The position numbers and the translations under genes were made by a program. 64,000 nucleotides of DNA from Dehalococcoidia bacterium (GTDB taxonomy: Bacteria > Chloroflexota > Dehalococcoidia > Lucifugimonadales > UBA6952). The stretch spans positions 3,791 to 67,790 of the forward strand of contig JBJKVQ010000040.1 of NCBI GenBank assembly GCA_045562575.1, written 5' to 3'. The notes under the pieces were generated by a model, which saw only the letters and a program-made list of their open reading frames with translations, was not told where the DNA came from and did no database searches. Shown piece by piece: positions 9,354 through 20,433 of this stretch. Positions within the stretch are counted from its first letter, which is position 1; each line of letters opens with the position of its first letter.

Positions 9354-9404
9354 TTGTATTACTACTCTATACTAATGTCACAAATTTACCAAGAGGAACA
9401 AAAA

Positions 9405-10307
9405 ATGGACGTAAAAAAAGAAACTATCGGATTTATTGGATTAGGAATTATGGGACTACCAATGGCAAAAAATCTAATTAAAAGTAATTTTAACCTCATT
9501 GTGTATAACCGAACTCAATCAAAAACTAAGGAACTTGATGAATTGGGAGCTCGTATTGCTAAAAATCCACAAGAAGTTGCAGAAAATTCCAAATGTATAA
9601 TTACTATGCTTACAGACTCTCCAGATGTAGAACAAATAATTCTCGGAAAAAATGGAGTTATTCACGGTATACAATCAAACAGTATTGTTATTGATATGAG
9701 TACAATTTCCCCAAAGGTAACTCGAAATATTAACGAGGAATTAGGAAAACATCAAAGCTCATTATTAGATGCTCCAGTTAGTGGAGGTTCTTGGGGAGCT
9801 ATAGAAGGTACACTTTCAATAATGATCGGAGGCAGCGATGACGATTTTAAAACTTGTTTACCCGTATTTGAAGCAATGGGGAAAAATATAATACATACCG
9901 GCTCATCTGGTATGGGACAAACCACTAAGCTCGTAAATCAAATATTAGTAGCAGGTACTATGAATGCTGTTGCTGAAGCCATGGTTTTTGCTGCAAAATC
10001 AGGGGCAGATTTATCTACAACTATTCAAGCTGTCGGCGGTGGTGCTGCAGCTTCCTGGCAATTAAATACATTAGGACCTAAGCTCATAAACGGAGATTTT
10101 GATCCAGGATTTATGATCAAACTACAACAAAAAGACCTAAGATTAATTATAGAATCAGCTCAAGAATTAAACGTAGCAATACCTGGCACATCACTAGTTA
10201 GTCAACTATTTGCCGGACTTTTAAGTCAAGGCTTGGGAGACGAAGGTACACAGGCATTAGTAAAAGCACATGAACAACTTTCAAACGTCAAAGCACGAAT
10301 AAATTAA
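9405..10307 (+). CDS. beta-hydroxyacid dehydrogenase (3-hydroxyisobutyrate / 2-hydroxy-3-oxopropionate reductase family)
   Basis: Rossmann motif GFIGLGIMGLPMAKNL, then DAPVSGG and the family C-terminal domain. Start is moved from the track's GTG 9303 to ATG 9405, which has AAGAGGA 8 nt upstream. Confidence 0.8.
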   Translation: MDVKKETIGFIGLGIMGLPMAKNLIKSNFNLIVYNRTQSKTKELDELGARIAKNPQEVAENSKCIITMLTDSPDVEQIILGKNGVIHGIQSNSIVIDMSTISPKVTRNINEELGKHQSSLLDAPVSGGSWGAIEGTLSIMIGGSDDDFKTCLPVFEAMGKNIIHTGSSGMGQTTKLVNQILVAGTMNAVAEAMVFAAKSGADLSTTIQAVGGGAAASWQLNTLGPKLINGDFDPGFMIKLQQKDLRLIIESAQELNVAIPGTSLVSQLFAGLLSQGLGDEGTQALVKAHEQLSNVKARIN

Positions 10308-10315
10308 GGAGAATC

Positions 10316-11197
10316 TTGAACAACACTACCGTCGGAATAATTAGTCCTGGAGACATGGGACACGCTGTTGGAGCACAACTTATTAATAACAATGTAAATG
10401 TAATTACTGCGTTAGAAGGAAGAAGTGAAAGAACTAAGTCATTAGCTAAATATGCAAAAATACAAGATGTAGGAACCTTTACTAATTTAGTAAAAGATTC
10501 TGATTTGATTATATCTATATTAGTTCCTTCACAAGCTATACCTTTTGCTAAAACAATTTCAGATTCGATCAAATCCTTAGATAAATCAATTTATTTTGCA
10601 GATTGCAATGCTATAGCACCACAAACAACCAAAAAAATATCTGAATATTTTCAAGACACCTCTGCTATTTTTATTGATGGAGGTATTATTGGAGGTCCTC
10701 CAACAGAAAATTATCAACCAGTTTTTTATACTAGTGGACCAGATACAACACCTTTAGATAGCCTAAATGGTAAGGGTATCCGAGTAACTAACATAGGCTC
10801 AGAAATTGGACAAGCTTCTGCTATTAAAATGTGTTATGCCGGTATGACTAAGGGTACTATTGCTCTTAATATTTCTGTTTTATCTACAGCCAAAATTTTG
10901 GGAGTATATGACAGTCTTATTGCTGAGTTTAGTAAAAGTCAGTCTGAAATGTTAAAACGAATGAAAGGTATGAGTGAAGTTCATACTAAATCAAATAGAT
11001 GGATCGGTGAAATGTTAGAAATCAGTTCTACTTTTGAGTCTGCAAATCTGAGTGGAATGTTTCATAAAGCTGCAGCAGACACATATGACTTTGTAAGCAA
11101 AACTGAAATTGCACTCAATGAAACACCTGAAAATTACAAAGAAGATCGCTCATTAGAAGAATTGATTGATATTTTTTCAAAATATCTTCAAGAATAA
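10316..11197 (+). CDS. NAD(P)-binding dehydrogenase, 6PGDH-like N-domain with DUF1932-like C-terminus
   Basis: TTG start and GIISPGDMGHAVG dinucleotide motif. The call is at family level only. Confidence 0.55.
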   Translation: MNNTTVGIISPGDMGHAVGAQLINNNVNVITALEGRSERTKSLAKYAKIQDVGTFTNLVKDSDLIISILVPSQAIPFAKTISDSIKSLDKSIYFADCNAIAPQTTKKISEYFQDTSAIFIDGGIIGGPPTENYQPVFYTSGPDTTPLDSLNGKGIRVTNIGSEIGQASAIKMCYAGMTKGTIALNISVLSTAKILGVYDSLIAEFSKSQSEMLKRMKGMSEVHTKSNRWIGEMLEISSTFESANLSGMFHKAAADTYDFVSKTEIALNETPENYKEDRSLEELIDIFSKYLQE

Positions 11198-11198
11198 T

Positions 11199-11681
11199 TT
11201 ATCGTTCAGCCCATTCATGTATGATTTTTTTATCTCTCTTAAAAGCTAAAATAGGTAATTTGTCTAAGGGAAATGTTTGTATACTTTGAACCTCTAAATT
11301 ATCAGTTCTTTCTCCACCAACAGTATGACCACTATATACAATAAGTATGATGGGATCCGCTTCCTGGGAATATACTCCAACGAGTTTATCAAGTTCGACA
11401 ATATAGCCTGTCTCTTCAAAAACTTCACGTATTGCAGCATCTTCTACTTTTTCACCTCTATCAACAAAACCTGCTGGGAAAGTCCATTTACCTCTTTGGG
11501 GTTCCAAATTTCTCTTGATTAATAAGATTTCTGATTCAATAGTAAATAAAACACCAGTAACTACCTTTGGATCTATAAATTCCATACGATCACAATTAGT
11601 ACAAAAAAACCTATTGGTATTCTCAAAAGGTTTCAGTATCATTTCCTTAGCACATGAAGAACAATATTTTACCGTAGACAT
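11199..11681 (-). CDS. Nudix hydrolase with N-terminal zinc ribbon (NudC-like architecture)
   Basis: CSSC...CTNC zinc ribbon followed by the Nudix box GFVDRGEKVEDAAIREVFEETGY. Confidence 0.8.
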   Translation of the reverse strand: MSTVKYCSSCAKEMILKPFENTNRFFCTNCDRMEFIDPKVVTGVLFTIESEILLIKRNLEPQRGKWTFPAGFVDRGEKVEDAAIREVFEETGYIVELDKLVGVYSQEADPIILIVYSGHTVGGERTDNLEVQSIQTFPLDKLPILAFKRDKKIIHEWAER

Positions 11682-11767
11682 GAATTTAAATCTAATACAA
11701 TTTTTAGTTAAAATTTATATTACTCCTATCATATTATAAGAAGTTAGAAAAAACATCCTCTAGAGGT

Positions 11768-11797
11768 TTGACACCTTTATATTGAGATTGATACAAT
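11768..11797 (+). promoter_or_regulatory. nuo operon promoter with extended -10
   Basis: TTGACA (11768-11773), 18 nt spacer, TGaTACAAT (11789-11797), 24 nt upstream of the nuoA ATG. Confidence 0.45.
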
Positions 11798-11821
11798 TCA
11801 TACCTGCTGGACATTTTTTTC

Positions 11822-12259
11822 ATGAATTTCATTCAAAGGATTCTTGTGGGTAATGAAGTACAAATAATTCAAGACACTTGGATTGCTATTTTAGTAGCAA
11901 CATCATTTGGAGTTATATCTATTTTAGGTATGTTTATAGCATCATTCATATTATCACCCAAAAAAAAATCTATTGATAAACTAGTTACCTATGAAAACGG
12001 AATACGACCCACACCTTTTTCCTGGTCTCAAATCCATGTACGATACTACATATTTGGAATTTTATTTCTTATATTCGATGTCGAAGCAGTTTTTATATTT
12101 CCTTGGGCTGCAGTTTTCAATGAAATTAAAGAAAATGTTAATGGTGAATTTACAGTAGCATTAGCAAATTTAGTATTTTATGAAATGATGGTTTTCATTG
12201 GCATACTAATTCTTGGAATTATTTATGCTTGGAAAAAAGGAGTTCTACAATGGAAATAA
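11822..12259 (+). CDS. nuoA: NADH-quinone oxidoreductase subunit A
   Basis: 145 aa with three TM segments. Shows the YE.G and FLIFDVE..F.FPWA block and is first in the nuo gene order. Confidence 0.9.
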   Translation: MNFIQRILVGNEVQIIQDTWIAILVATSFGVISILGMFIASFILSPKKKSIDKLVTYENGIRPTPFSWSQIHVRYYIFGILFLIFDVEAVFIFPWAAVFNEIKENVNGEFTVALANLVFYEMMVFIGILILGIIYAWKKGVLQWK

Positions 12260-12861
12260 ATCGAATGAAACCCGAATCTTGGACTCCTAAAAGAGATCAT
12301 AAACTCTCAATTCCTCTTATACCAACAAGTAATGATAACTGGGAAACCCCTGAATCAATAAGTTCCGGCAATGTTCCAGCACAAAGTCTTCTTCAAAAAT
12401 CTGGAGCACCTGGTGTTATTACTGCAAAAATTGATCAATTATTAGCCCTCGCTAGGACATCTTCTTTATGGCCTTTAACGTTTGGACTAGCTTGTTGTGC
12501 AATTGAAATGATGAGTACATATATGGGGCACCATGATCTTGATAGATTTGGCGTAACGCCATGGCCTTCACCAAGGCAATCTGATGTAATGATTGTTGCT
12601 GGTACAGTGGTTAAAAAAATGGCAAAACCAATTCAACTACTTTATGAACAAATGCCTGAACCAAAATGGGTAATTGCAATGGGAAGTTGTGCAACAAATG
12701 GTGGACCTTATTACCGATCTTATTCCGTTGTTATGGGGGTAGATCATATTATCCCGGTGGACGTCTATGTTCCGGGTTGCCCGCCAAGACCAGAAGCATT
12801 AATGGAAGGAATACTAAGATTACAGGAAAAAATTAAACAGGACGCTAGAAGAAATGGCTGA
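12250..12861 (+). CDS. nuoB: NADH-quinone oxidoreductase subunit B
   Basis: N2-cluster cysteines ([29 protein letters not shown]). ATG 12250 has AAGGAG 7 nt upstream; the track's TTG 12229 is possible but less likely. Confidence 0.9.
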   Translation: MEINRMKPESWTPKRDHKLSIPLIPTSNDNWETPESISSGNVPAQSLLQKSGAPGVITAKIDQLLALARTSSLWPLTFGLACCAIEMMSTYMGHHDLDRFGVTPWPSPRQSDVMIVAGTVVKKMAKPIQLLYEQMPEPKWVIAMGSCATNGGPYYRSYSVVMGVDHIIPVDVYVPGCPPRPEALMEGILRLQEKIKQDARRNG

Positions 12862-13372
12862 AGAAGAAATAACTGAATCAGTATCCGAAGAAGAAATTTC
12901 TGAAGAGTTAGATCCAATAATTGTGGAAAGAATATCTATACTCGAAAATATTCTTAGTTCATATGATATTAGTATTACTTCTTTTCTTGGTGAAATAAAC
13001 ATTCACATCGGAAGAACTGATATTATCGATATTCTTACAATTCTCAAAAATTCCCCTGAAACATTATGTAATTTATTCCTTTGTTTGAGTATTGTTGATT
13101 ACGAAGATAGATTTGAAGCTGTGTATCACCTGCAATCTACAACCCTTAACCATAGATATGTAATTAAATCCAGCTTAGATAAAGATAAGCCCTTAATTTC
13201 ATCATGCATAGGTTTGTGGAAGGGATCTGACTGGTATGAAAGAGAAGGACATGATTTATTCGGAGTTATTTTTGAGGGACACCCAAATTTGTCCCCTCTT
13301 CTTTTGTATGAAGAATTTGAAGGATATCCAGGAAGAAAAGACTTCCCTTTTAACGACTACAAAGAATGGTAA
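12854..13372 (+). CDS. nuoC: NADH-quinone oxidoreductase subunit C
   Basis: C-terminal [18 protein letters not shown] block. The N-terminus is acidic. Confidence 0.9.
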   Translation: MAEEEITESVSEEEISEELDPIIVERISILENILSSYDISITSFLGEINIHIGRTDIIDILTILKNSPETLCNLFLCLSIVDYEDRFEAVYHLQSTTLNHRYVIKSSLDKDKPLISSCIGLWKGSDWYEREGHDLFGVIFEGHPNLSPLLLYEEFEGYPGRKDFPFNDYKEW

Positions 13373-13375
13373 TGT

Positions 13376-14488
13376 ATGACTAATCAACAAAGCTTAAATA
13401 GTGTAGATATGCTACTGAATATGGGTCCGCAACACCCATCTACTCATGGAGTTTTTAGAATGGTCCTTCAAATAGATGGAGAACGTGTTATAGATGTGGA
13501 ACCCTATATAGGTTATCTACATCGTGGATCAGAAAAATTATCTGAAGGAGAACAATATGCACAAATCGTCACTCTTTTTGATCGATTAGACTATTTAGCT
13601 AATTTCAACAATGAGCTTGTTTTTTGTATGGCAGTTGAAAAATTAATGGGGGTTGAAATCCCTGAAAGAGCAGAATATATAAGAGTAATTTTATGTGAAC
13701 TCAATCGCATATCTAGCCATTTCCTTTTCTACGGCACTATGGGGATGGATGCTGGTGCAAGTACCCCAATATTATACGGATTCAGGGATAGGGAAAAAAT
13801 CCAATCTTTATTTGAGTCTGTAAGTGGTGCAAGAATGATGCATAATTACTTCAGGATAGGTGGAGTTAAAGAAGATTTACCTACTGATTTTTTTGAAAAT
13901 ATATATTGGTTATTAGAAGAAATAAAACAAGGGGTAGATCAAGCTGATAGTCTACTATCCTTCAATGAAATATTCCTAAATCGAACAAGAAATATTGGAT
14001 TAATAAACGCTGCAGATGCGATAGATTTTGGACTAACTGGACCAAACTTACGAGCATCAGGAGTTTCATATGATTTGAGAAAAAATGACCCTTATTCTAT
14101 TTATGACAGGTTTGATTTTGATATTCCAGTAGGTGACCGCGGAGATGTTTGGGATAGATATTTTGTGAGAATTCAAGAAATACGAGAATCAATTAAAATT
14201 ATTGAACAAGCCTTGAAGCAAATACCTGAAGGAGAAATTACAGCAAATGTCAGAAGAATAGCACGACCTCCAGAGGGTGATATTTTTGTGCATGCTGAAA
14301 ATCCCCGTGGTGACTTTGGTGTATATTTAGTTAGTGATGGTTCAGATAAACCTTACAGATTAAAAATTCGTCCTCCATCATTTTGCAACTTGATGGCCTT
14401 GAGGCATATGATGAGAAATGCCTATGTATCTGATTCTGTTATGATTTTAGGTTCAATAGATATTGTATTAGGTGAAGTAGACCGATGA
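13376..14488 (+). CDS. nuoD: NADH-quinone oxidoreductase subunit D
   Basis: NMGPQHPSTHGV and IGYLHRG blocks; C-terminal LGEVDR. Confidence 0.92.
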   Translation: MTNQQSLNSVDMLLNMGPQHPSTHGVFRMVLQIDGERVIDVEPYIGYLHRGSEKLSEGEQYAQIVTLFDRLDYLANFNNELVFCMAVEKLMGVEIPERAEYIRVILCELNRISSHFLFYGTMGMDAGASTPILYGFRDREKIQSLFESVSGARMMHNYFRIGGVKEDLPTDFFENIYWLLEEIKQGVDQADSLLSFNEIFLNRTRNIGLINAADAIDFGLTGPNLRASGVSYDLRKNDPYSIYDRFDFDIPVGDRGDVWDRYFVRIQEIRESIKIIEQALKQIPEGEITANVRRIARPPEGDIFVHAENPRGDFGVYLVSDGSDKPYRLKIRPPSFCNLMALRHMMRNAYVSDSVMILGSIDIVLGEVDR

Positions 14489-15618
14489 GTATTATGGACC
14501 TTTTCTTACTACAAGTAAAAATTATTGCACTTTTTGGTGGTCTGACAATCGTGGTTTTATCTATGGTGTGGCTCGAGCGCAGAGTCTTGGGTAAAATACA
14601 ACGAAGAATAGGCCCTAACCGTGTAGGACCACAAGGACTTTTACAACCACTTGCAGACGGTATAAAACTGTTAGTGAAAGAGGATATAATCCCAGAGTCT
14701 GCAGATAAATGGGTTTATTGGCTTGCCCCAATCATTGTTTTTGTCCCTCCATTTGTTATATGGGTCACAATACCTTTAGCTAGCGACAATTCTATACTAG
14801 CAGTAAATAATATGCATCTAGGTTTGCTTTTTGTAATAGCCTTAACAGTTGTTTCGATAACTGGATTAGTTATGGCAGGATGGGGATCTGCTAATAAATA
14901 TGCAATACTCGGAGGATTACGATCAACAGCACAGCTGATTAGTTATGAAATACCTATAATTATGGTCGCTATTTCTGTATTAATAATATGCCAAACTACT
15001 GATTTAAAAGAAATTGTAGATCAGCAAAATGTCATTCCATATGTAGTTTACCTTCCGTTAGGCCTTCTGCTTTTCTTTATAGCAGGCATTGCTGAGGTTG
15101 GGAGAATTCCTTTTGATATATATCATGCCGAATCAGAAATTGTAGGAGGCCCATTTGTAGAATATAGTGGAGCTCATTGGTCTGTTTTCTACTTGGCTGA
15201 ATACATCCAAACTTTTACTATCGCAGTTTTAATTACACTTCTATTCCTTGGTGGGTGGCATATACCATTTATATCATTTGAAGAAAACATAGTGTTAGGC
15301 TTCTTTGTAACAATTATAAAATCATATGCAGTTATATTAATCATATTTTGGTTTCGTGGTACTTTTCCAAGAATGAGAATAGACCAACTTATGTCTTTCG
15401 CCTGGAAAGTTTTGATACCTTTATCATTTGCAAATGTAATATTTTCTTCAATAGTTATTTTTTACGATATACCTCTTTTAGTATTGTCGATTATTAATAT
15501 TTTGATAACCATTCTTATGGGATATGTCTTGTACAACAAATTTACAACTCCTGCAAAAATAGATGCAGAAGAAATGTTACGTAAAGCTAGAAATTATAAA
15601 TTACCAGAGGGAATATAA
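14485..15618 (+). CDS. nuoH: NADH-quinone oxidoreductase subunit H
   Basis: Polytopic membrane protein with RRIGPNRVGPQGLLQPLADGIKL and AESEIVGG blocks. Confidence 0.92.
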   Translation: MSIMDLFLLQVKIIALFGGLTIVVLSMVWLERRVLGKIQRRIGPNRVGPQGLLQPLADGIKLLVKEDIIPESADKWVYWLAPIIVFVPPFVIWVTIPLASDNSILAVNNMHLGLLFVIALTVVSITGLVMAGWGSANKYAILGGLRSTAQLISYEIPIIMVAISVLIICQTTDLKEIVDQQNVIPYVVYLPLGLLLFFIAGIAEVGRIPFDIYHAESEIVGGPFVEYSGAHWSVFYLAEYIQTFTIAVLITLLFLGGWHIPFISFEENIVLGFFVTIIKSYAVILIIFWFRGTFPRMRIDQLMSFAWKVLIPLSFANVIFSSIVIFYDIPLLVLSIINILITILMGYVLYNKFTTPAKIDAEEMLRKARNYKLPEGI

Positions 15619-16104
15619 ATGTTAAGTAGTATAAAAGGTTTAATGACTACGATTTCGGAATTTTTCAGACCTATTGTGACAGCACAATATCCTGAAAAAC
15701 ATTTACCTATAGCGGATCGGTACATGGGATTCCCAGTTCTTATGTATGATGGTGCGGTAGATGAACCGTATTGTACCGGATGCATGGTATGTGTAAGAAA
15801 CTGTCCTACGGGATGCATGAGTGCGATAATGAAAGATAATCCAAAAAATGAATCTGGGGAAAGTAAACGAAGAAAAATAATTGATGAATTTGAAATCAAC
15901 TTAGGGCGCTGTATATTATGTGGAATTTGTGTAGATGTTTGTAATTTTGATGCAATTGAAATGAGTCATCAACACGAATTATCAGTCGTCAACCGAAATG
16001 GTAATAGGGCAAATTTACAACAACTTATAGAAATGGGTAAAAATTACCAAGAAGAAACGAACTGGGCCCCACCAGTTAAAGTAACAAAGGAATCTAAAGA
16101 ATAA
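15619..16104 (+). CDS. nuoI: NADH-quinone oxidoreductase subunit I (2x[4Fe-4S])
   Basis: Two ferredoxin-type motifs, CTGCMVCVRNCP and CILCGICVDVCN. Confidence 0.9.
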   Translation: MLSSIKGLMTTISEFFRPIVTAQYPEKHLPIADRYMGFPVLMYDGAVDEPYCTGCMVCVRNCPTGCMSAIMKDNPKNESGESKRRKIIDEFEINLGRCILCGICVDVCNFDAIEMSHQHELSVVNRNGNRANLQQLIEMGKNYQEETNWAPPVKVTKESKE

Positions 16105-16105
16105 G

Positions 16106-16597
16106 ATGAACAGCTTACTAGTTTTTTATATATTAAGTTCAATTATAACTGTTTCAGCAATTGGTGTGGTTACAAGTCGTCATGTTGTCCATGCGACATT
16201 TTATCTATTAATTAGCTTATTTGGTATAGCTGGAGTCTTTGTAGTTTTGCTTTCACAATTTTTGGCAATAGTACAAATTTTACTTTATGGCGGCGCGATA
16301 ATTATTGTTATACTTTTTGCATTAATGCTCACTAATATTTCTGATTTTAATTTTCAAGTTGAAAACAAACACTGGAAATATTCTCTTGTAGCTTCAATTT
16401 TATTTTTCATAACAGGGACTATTGCATTCATCACTACTGGTGGAAATACAGTAACTGGAACTCTAGGAACAGATATGAGAAATATTGGTATAGAACTTTT
16501 TTCATATTGGGGAATTCCTTTTGAAATTGTATCAGTTATTTTGTTAGTAGCTCTGATTGGAGCAATAGTTGTATCAAATACAGAAAGTAATAAATAA
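16106..16597 (+). CDS. nuoJ: NADH-quinone oxidoreductase subunit J
   Basis: 163-aa hydrophobic protein in the conserved operon position, with a ..LLYGGAIIIV.. block. Confidence 0.85.
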   Translation: MNSLLVFYILSSIITVSAIGVVTSRHVVHATFYLLISLFGIAGVFVVLLSQFLAIVQILLYGGAIIIVILFALMLTNISDFNFQVENKHWKYSLVASILFFITGTIAFITTGGNTVTGTLGTDMRNIGIELFSYWGIPFEIVSVILLVALIGAIVVSNTESNK

Positions 16598-16911
16598 TGG
16601 GTGAATTAAGTCTTATACACATTCAAATCACAAGTATTGTATTATTTTCCATCGGTATCTATGGAGTTCTTTCACGCAGAAATGCAGTACTGATTTTACT
16701 CGCAATAGAACTCATGCTTAATGCCGTAAATCTCAATTTGATTGGAGTTAGCGCATTTTTAGATCAATCAAGATATTTAGGGCATATCCTCATAATTTTT
16801 ATCATAACAATTGCTGCAGCAGAAGTAGGATTAGCTTTAGCTATTGTCTTAAAACTTTATAAAGAAAAACGAAATACTGATGTTGATAAACTCGATGTTT
16901 TGAAATGGTAA
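16597..16911 (+). CDS. nuoK: NADH-quinone oxidoreductase subunit K
   Basis: 104 aa with three TM segments and an LAIELMLNAVNL..AAAEVGLALAI block. Confidence 0.9.
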   Translation: MGELSLIHIQITSIVLFSIGIYGVLSRRNAVLILLAIELMLNAVNLNLIGVSAFLDQSRYLGHILIIFIITIAAAEVGLALAIVLKLYKEKRNTDVDKLDVLKW

Positions 16912-16935
16912 CAATCTATCAAAGGAAATGAATTA

Positions 16936-18921
16936 ATGGAAATAAATGAAGCAGCTTTACAAGCTCCAAGCAATCTGGGAATAGTATGGTGGGCACCTAT
17001 CCTCTATATAATCTCTTTTGTTATTTTAGGACTATTAAGTAGAACCAAAATTAAATATACCTATTTTATTCCAATTATAGTTTCATTTATTAGTATTGGA
17101 ATTTTCATAACTATTTTTCACACTTATGTAACAAATAATTGGGAACGTTATGGTTGTGACATTATAGGAGTTTGTTGGAATGGTATCGATCCTTGGTTTG
17201 TTATTGGTGATATAAAAATGCATTTTGGAGCAATCATTGATGGCCTTACAGTGACAATGTTGGGATTGATAAGTATTGTTGGTTCCTTGGTCATTATTTA
17301 TTCAGTATCATATATGCATGATGATCCAAGAAAAACCTGGTATTTTTCTTGTATATCATTTTTTATTGCAGCAATGTTATTCCTAGTTTTAGCAAACAAT
17401 CTACTTCTAATTTATGTGGCATGGGAATTAGTAGGTTTAGGATCATACCTCCTTATTGGGTTTTGGTACGGAAAACAAACTGCAGTCGATGCAGCAAAAA
17501 AAGCATTTATCACTACCCGAATAGGCGATGTTGGTTTAATGATTGGTATTTTAATTTTAGGCACTAGTTTTACAACCAGTAGTGGTTCAATTGGAACCTT
17601 CCATATTCCTGACATTATTAATGCAGCTCAACAAGGAATGTATAGCACGTCTGAACTTAATTGGGCTTGTCTGCTAATTTTCCTTGGCGCAATGGGTAAA
17701 TCAGCTCAATTTCCTCTACATATATGGCTACCAGACGCTATGGAGGGACCAACACCTGTCAGTGCATTAATTCATGCAGCCACAATGGTTACCGCAGGTA
17801 TCTATCTTACAGCTAGGTTATATCCCCTATATGAAATTTCTACTATAGCCCTTACTGTTGTGACAATTATAGGCCTCATTACTGCTATCATTGCTGCATC
17901 AATGGCATTAGTAATGAATGATCTGAAAAAAATTCTTGCTTATTCAACAGTTAGCCATTTAGGATTAATGATTTTTGGTATAGGAACAGGTGGATATGCA
18001 GCAGCTATGTTGCATCTAGTAGCTCATGGATTTTCAAAAGCCCTCTTATTTCTTTCTGCTGGTAATATTATGCATTCCTTGCACGAAGAAACAGACATAC
18101 GGAAAATGGGGAATCTTCGACATTATATGCCGATAACTACTATTTGTTTTCTTATTGGTGCACTTTCATTATCTGGTATTCCACCCCTTAGTGGCTACTT
18201 TAGTAAAGATATGCTACTTCATGGTGTAACACATGGAAAAATAGATTTTACAAATATTTATTTCATACTAAGTTTAGGATTTATTTTTCTAAGTTCCCTT
18301 TATATGACAAGGGTATTTATACTAGTATTTTGGTCTAAATCAACAACAGAATACAAAGATATTCATGAGGCACCAAAGACTATGAATATTCCTATCATAA
18401 TTCTTACATTTTTCAGTATAGTTTTTGGCATTATAACGTGTTTAATATATCAAGATACACTGTTTGATATTATGTATTTGGTTACATGGGGTTTTCTTGA
18501 TGATCCGCTTCATTTTGAATTTGATTTGATACTAACAATCCTTTCAGTTGGATTCGCACTAAGTGGTATTATTGCAGGATATTTTTTATATCAAGAAAAT
18601 TATGTAACCAAATCTGTATTCCATTCTGGATTATTTAAATCATTAAATAATCTTATTTCACGTAAATATTATTTGGATGATGCATATAATTGGATAGTTA
18701 CAAATATCGTCAACAAAATAACGGCTATTGTATCCTATGTTGATCGAGTATTTGTAAATGACATTGGAATAAATAGTCCTGGTGAAGCTATTCGAGCGAC
18801 TTCAAATAAATTACGGTATATTCAAACTGGAAAAGTATATAACTATGCCCTCTTTATTGTGCTGAGCATATCGGTAATTGTACTTATCTGGATATTTATT
18901 GAAACTGGTAAAATCTTATAG
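16936..18921 (+). CDS. nuoL: NADH-quinone oxidoreductase subunit L
   Basis: 661-aa antiporter-like subunit with WLPDAMEGPTPVSALIHAATMVTAG. Confidence 0.92.
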   Translation: MEINEAALQAPSNLGIVWWAPILYIISFVILGLLSRTKIKYTYFIPIIVSFISIGIFITIFHTYVTNNWERYGCDIIGVCWNGIDPWFVIGDIKMHFGAIIDGLTVTMLGLISIVGSLVIIYSVSYMHDDPRKTWYFSCISFFIAAMLFLVLANNLLLIYVAWELVGLGSYLLIGFWYGKQTAVDAAKKAFITTRIGDVGLMIGILILGTSFTTSSGSIGTFHIPDIINAAQQGMYSTSELNWACLLIFLGAMGKSAQFPLHIWLPDAMEGPTPVSALIHAATMVTAGIYLTARLYPLYEISTIALTVVTIIGLITAIIAASMALVMNDLKKILAYSTVSHLGLMIFGIGTGGYAAAMLHLVAHGFSKALLFLSAGNIMHSLHEETDIRKMGNLRHYMPITTICFLIGALSLSGIPPLSGYFSKDMLLHGVTHGKIDFTNIYFILSLGFIFLSSLYMTRVFILVFWSKSTTEYKDIHEAPKTMNIPIIILTFFSIVFGIITCLIYQDTLFDIMYLVTWGFLDDPLHFEFDLILTILSVGFALSGIIAGYFLYQENYVTKSVFHSGLFKSLNNLISRKYYLDDAYNWIVTNIVNKITAIVSYVDRVFVNDIGINSPGEAIRATSNKLRYIQTGKVYNYALFIVLSISVIVLIWIFIETGKIL

Positions 18922-18930
18922 GAGAACTCA

Positions 18931-20430
18931 TTGGATAGTTGGATATTACCTTTAATACTTATCGTACCCGTACTAACACTACTGGCTATATTGTTTATAC
19001 CCAAAAATAATGATGGAATTATAAAAAATATAACCATTTTTGGTTCAGCTATTTCTGGGATTCTTTCATTATACGTCTTTATGGCATATGCTCAAACCAG
19101 AGATCCAAATCAATTCGATTTTTCTATGGTTTGGTTTCGCAATTTATCTATTCGATTAGATTTTGGCGTAGATGGTATATCGGCATTAATGGTTTTATTA
19201 GTTGGAATTGTATATCTAACTGGGACTCTTATTTCTTGTAAAATAAATGAAAGAATAAAAGAGTTTTTTATTTTATATATCTTATTAATTATCGGCGTCT
19301 ATGGCGTATTTATCTCACAAGACCTCTTCTTCTTCTTCTTCTTCTATGAATTGGCAGTCGTCCCAATGTATTTACTAATTGCCGTTTGGGGTAGCAGTTC
19401 AGACTTTAAAACATTTACAAGAACAAAAGAATATGGGGCATTAAAATTAATGCTTGTCCTGGTAGCAAGTAGCGTACTTATTTGGATTGGAATTTTATCC
19501 ACATTCATTGTTGCTAATCAAAATAGCTTCTTATTTAAAGACTTAATAGATGCAAATATTGGAAAAGATTTCCAGATTTTTATTTTCCCATTCTTTTTAA
19601 TTGGTTTTGGAGTTTTGGCTGGGTTGTGGCCTTTTCACACATGGTCACCAGACGGACATGTTGCTGCGCCAACTTCTGTGAGTATGGTTCATGCAGGGAT
19701 ATTAATGAAATTGGGAGCATATGGAATTTTACGAAGTATAGAATTTTTACCGGCTGGTGCTCAAGAATGGATGTGGCTTTTACTAATTCTAGGTACAATA
19801 AACGTAGTGTATGGAGCATTGTCAGCAATGGCTCAAAGTGATCTTAAATATGTCATTGGATATAGTAGTGTAAGTCATATGGGCTATGTCTTGATGGGAC
19901 TAGCAACTTTGAATGTGATTGGTACAGCCGGAGCAGTATTACAAATGTTTTCTCATGGAATAATGACAGCATTATTTTTCGCATTAGTAGGAGTAATATA
20001 CGAACGAACGCATAGTAGGGATATAGAAACACTTGATGGTTTAATTAAACCTATGGGTATTGCCGGTACCTTGTTTGTTATTGCTGGATTAACGTCTCTT
20101 GGCCTACCGGGATTAAGCGGATTTGTTGCAGAATTATTCATATTTATTGGTGTATTTCAAACAAACCCTTTCATGGCAATATTAGGTGTCATAGGAGCCG
20201 CTATAACTGCTATATATATCCTACGATTAATTGCTAGAATATTTTTTGGTACTGTTTCCGAAAAATGGGCAAATTTACCTGACATTAGTAAATTTGAATT
20301 AATACCATCTGTAATTCTTGTATTCTTTATAATATTTATGGGTGTTTTACCAATCTATTTTATTGATGCTGTGGATGAATCAGTAAAACAATTAATTAAC
20401 TCATATTTGTCAAACTTTGTAGCTGGATAA
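18931..20430 (+). CDS. nuoM: NADH-quinone oxidoreductase subunit M
   Basis: TTG start with AGGAGA upstream. Antiporter-like subunit with HTWSPDGHVAAPTSVSMVHAGILMKLG. Confidence 0.9.
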   Translation: MDSWILPLILIVPVLTLLAILFIPKNNDGIIKNITIFGSAISGILSLYVFMAYAQTRDPNQFDFSMVWFRNLSIRLDFGVDGISALMVLLVGIVYLTGTLISCKINERIKEFFILYILLIIGVYGVFISQDLFFFFFFYELAVVPMYLLIAVWGSSSDFKTFTRTKEYGALKLMLVLVASSVLIWIGILSTFIVANQNSFLFKDLIDANIGKDFQIFIFPFFLIGFGVLAGLWPFHTWSPDGHVAAPTSVSMVHAGILMKLGAYGILRSIEFLPAGAQEWMWLLLILGTINVVYGALSAMAQSDLKYVIGYSSVSHMGYVLMGLATLNVIGTAGAVLQMFSHGIMTALFFALVGVIYERTHSRDIETLDGLIKPMGIAGTLFVIAGLTSLGLPGLSGFVAELFIFIGVFQTNPFMAILGVIGAAITAIYILRLIARIFFGTVSEKWANLPDISKFELIPSVILVFFIIFMGVLPIYFIDAVDESVKQLINSYLSNFVAG

Positions 20431-20433
20431 CAC

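Noticed and set aside
9303-9404. N-terminal 34-aa extension of the dehydrogenase (the track's GTG start), which overlaps the mfd start.
   Set aside because: The extension is Y/S/L-rich, lies across a good promoter (9325-9353) and precedes an ATG with AAGAGGA. The Rossmann motif begins right after Met35.
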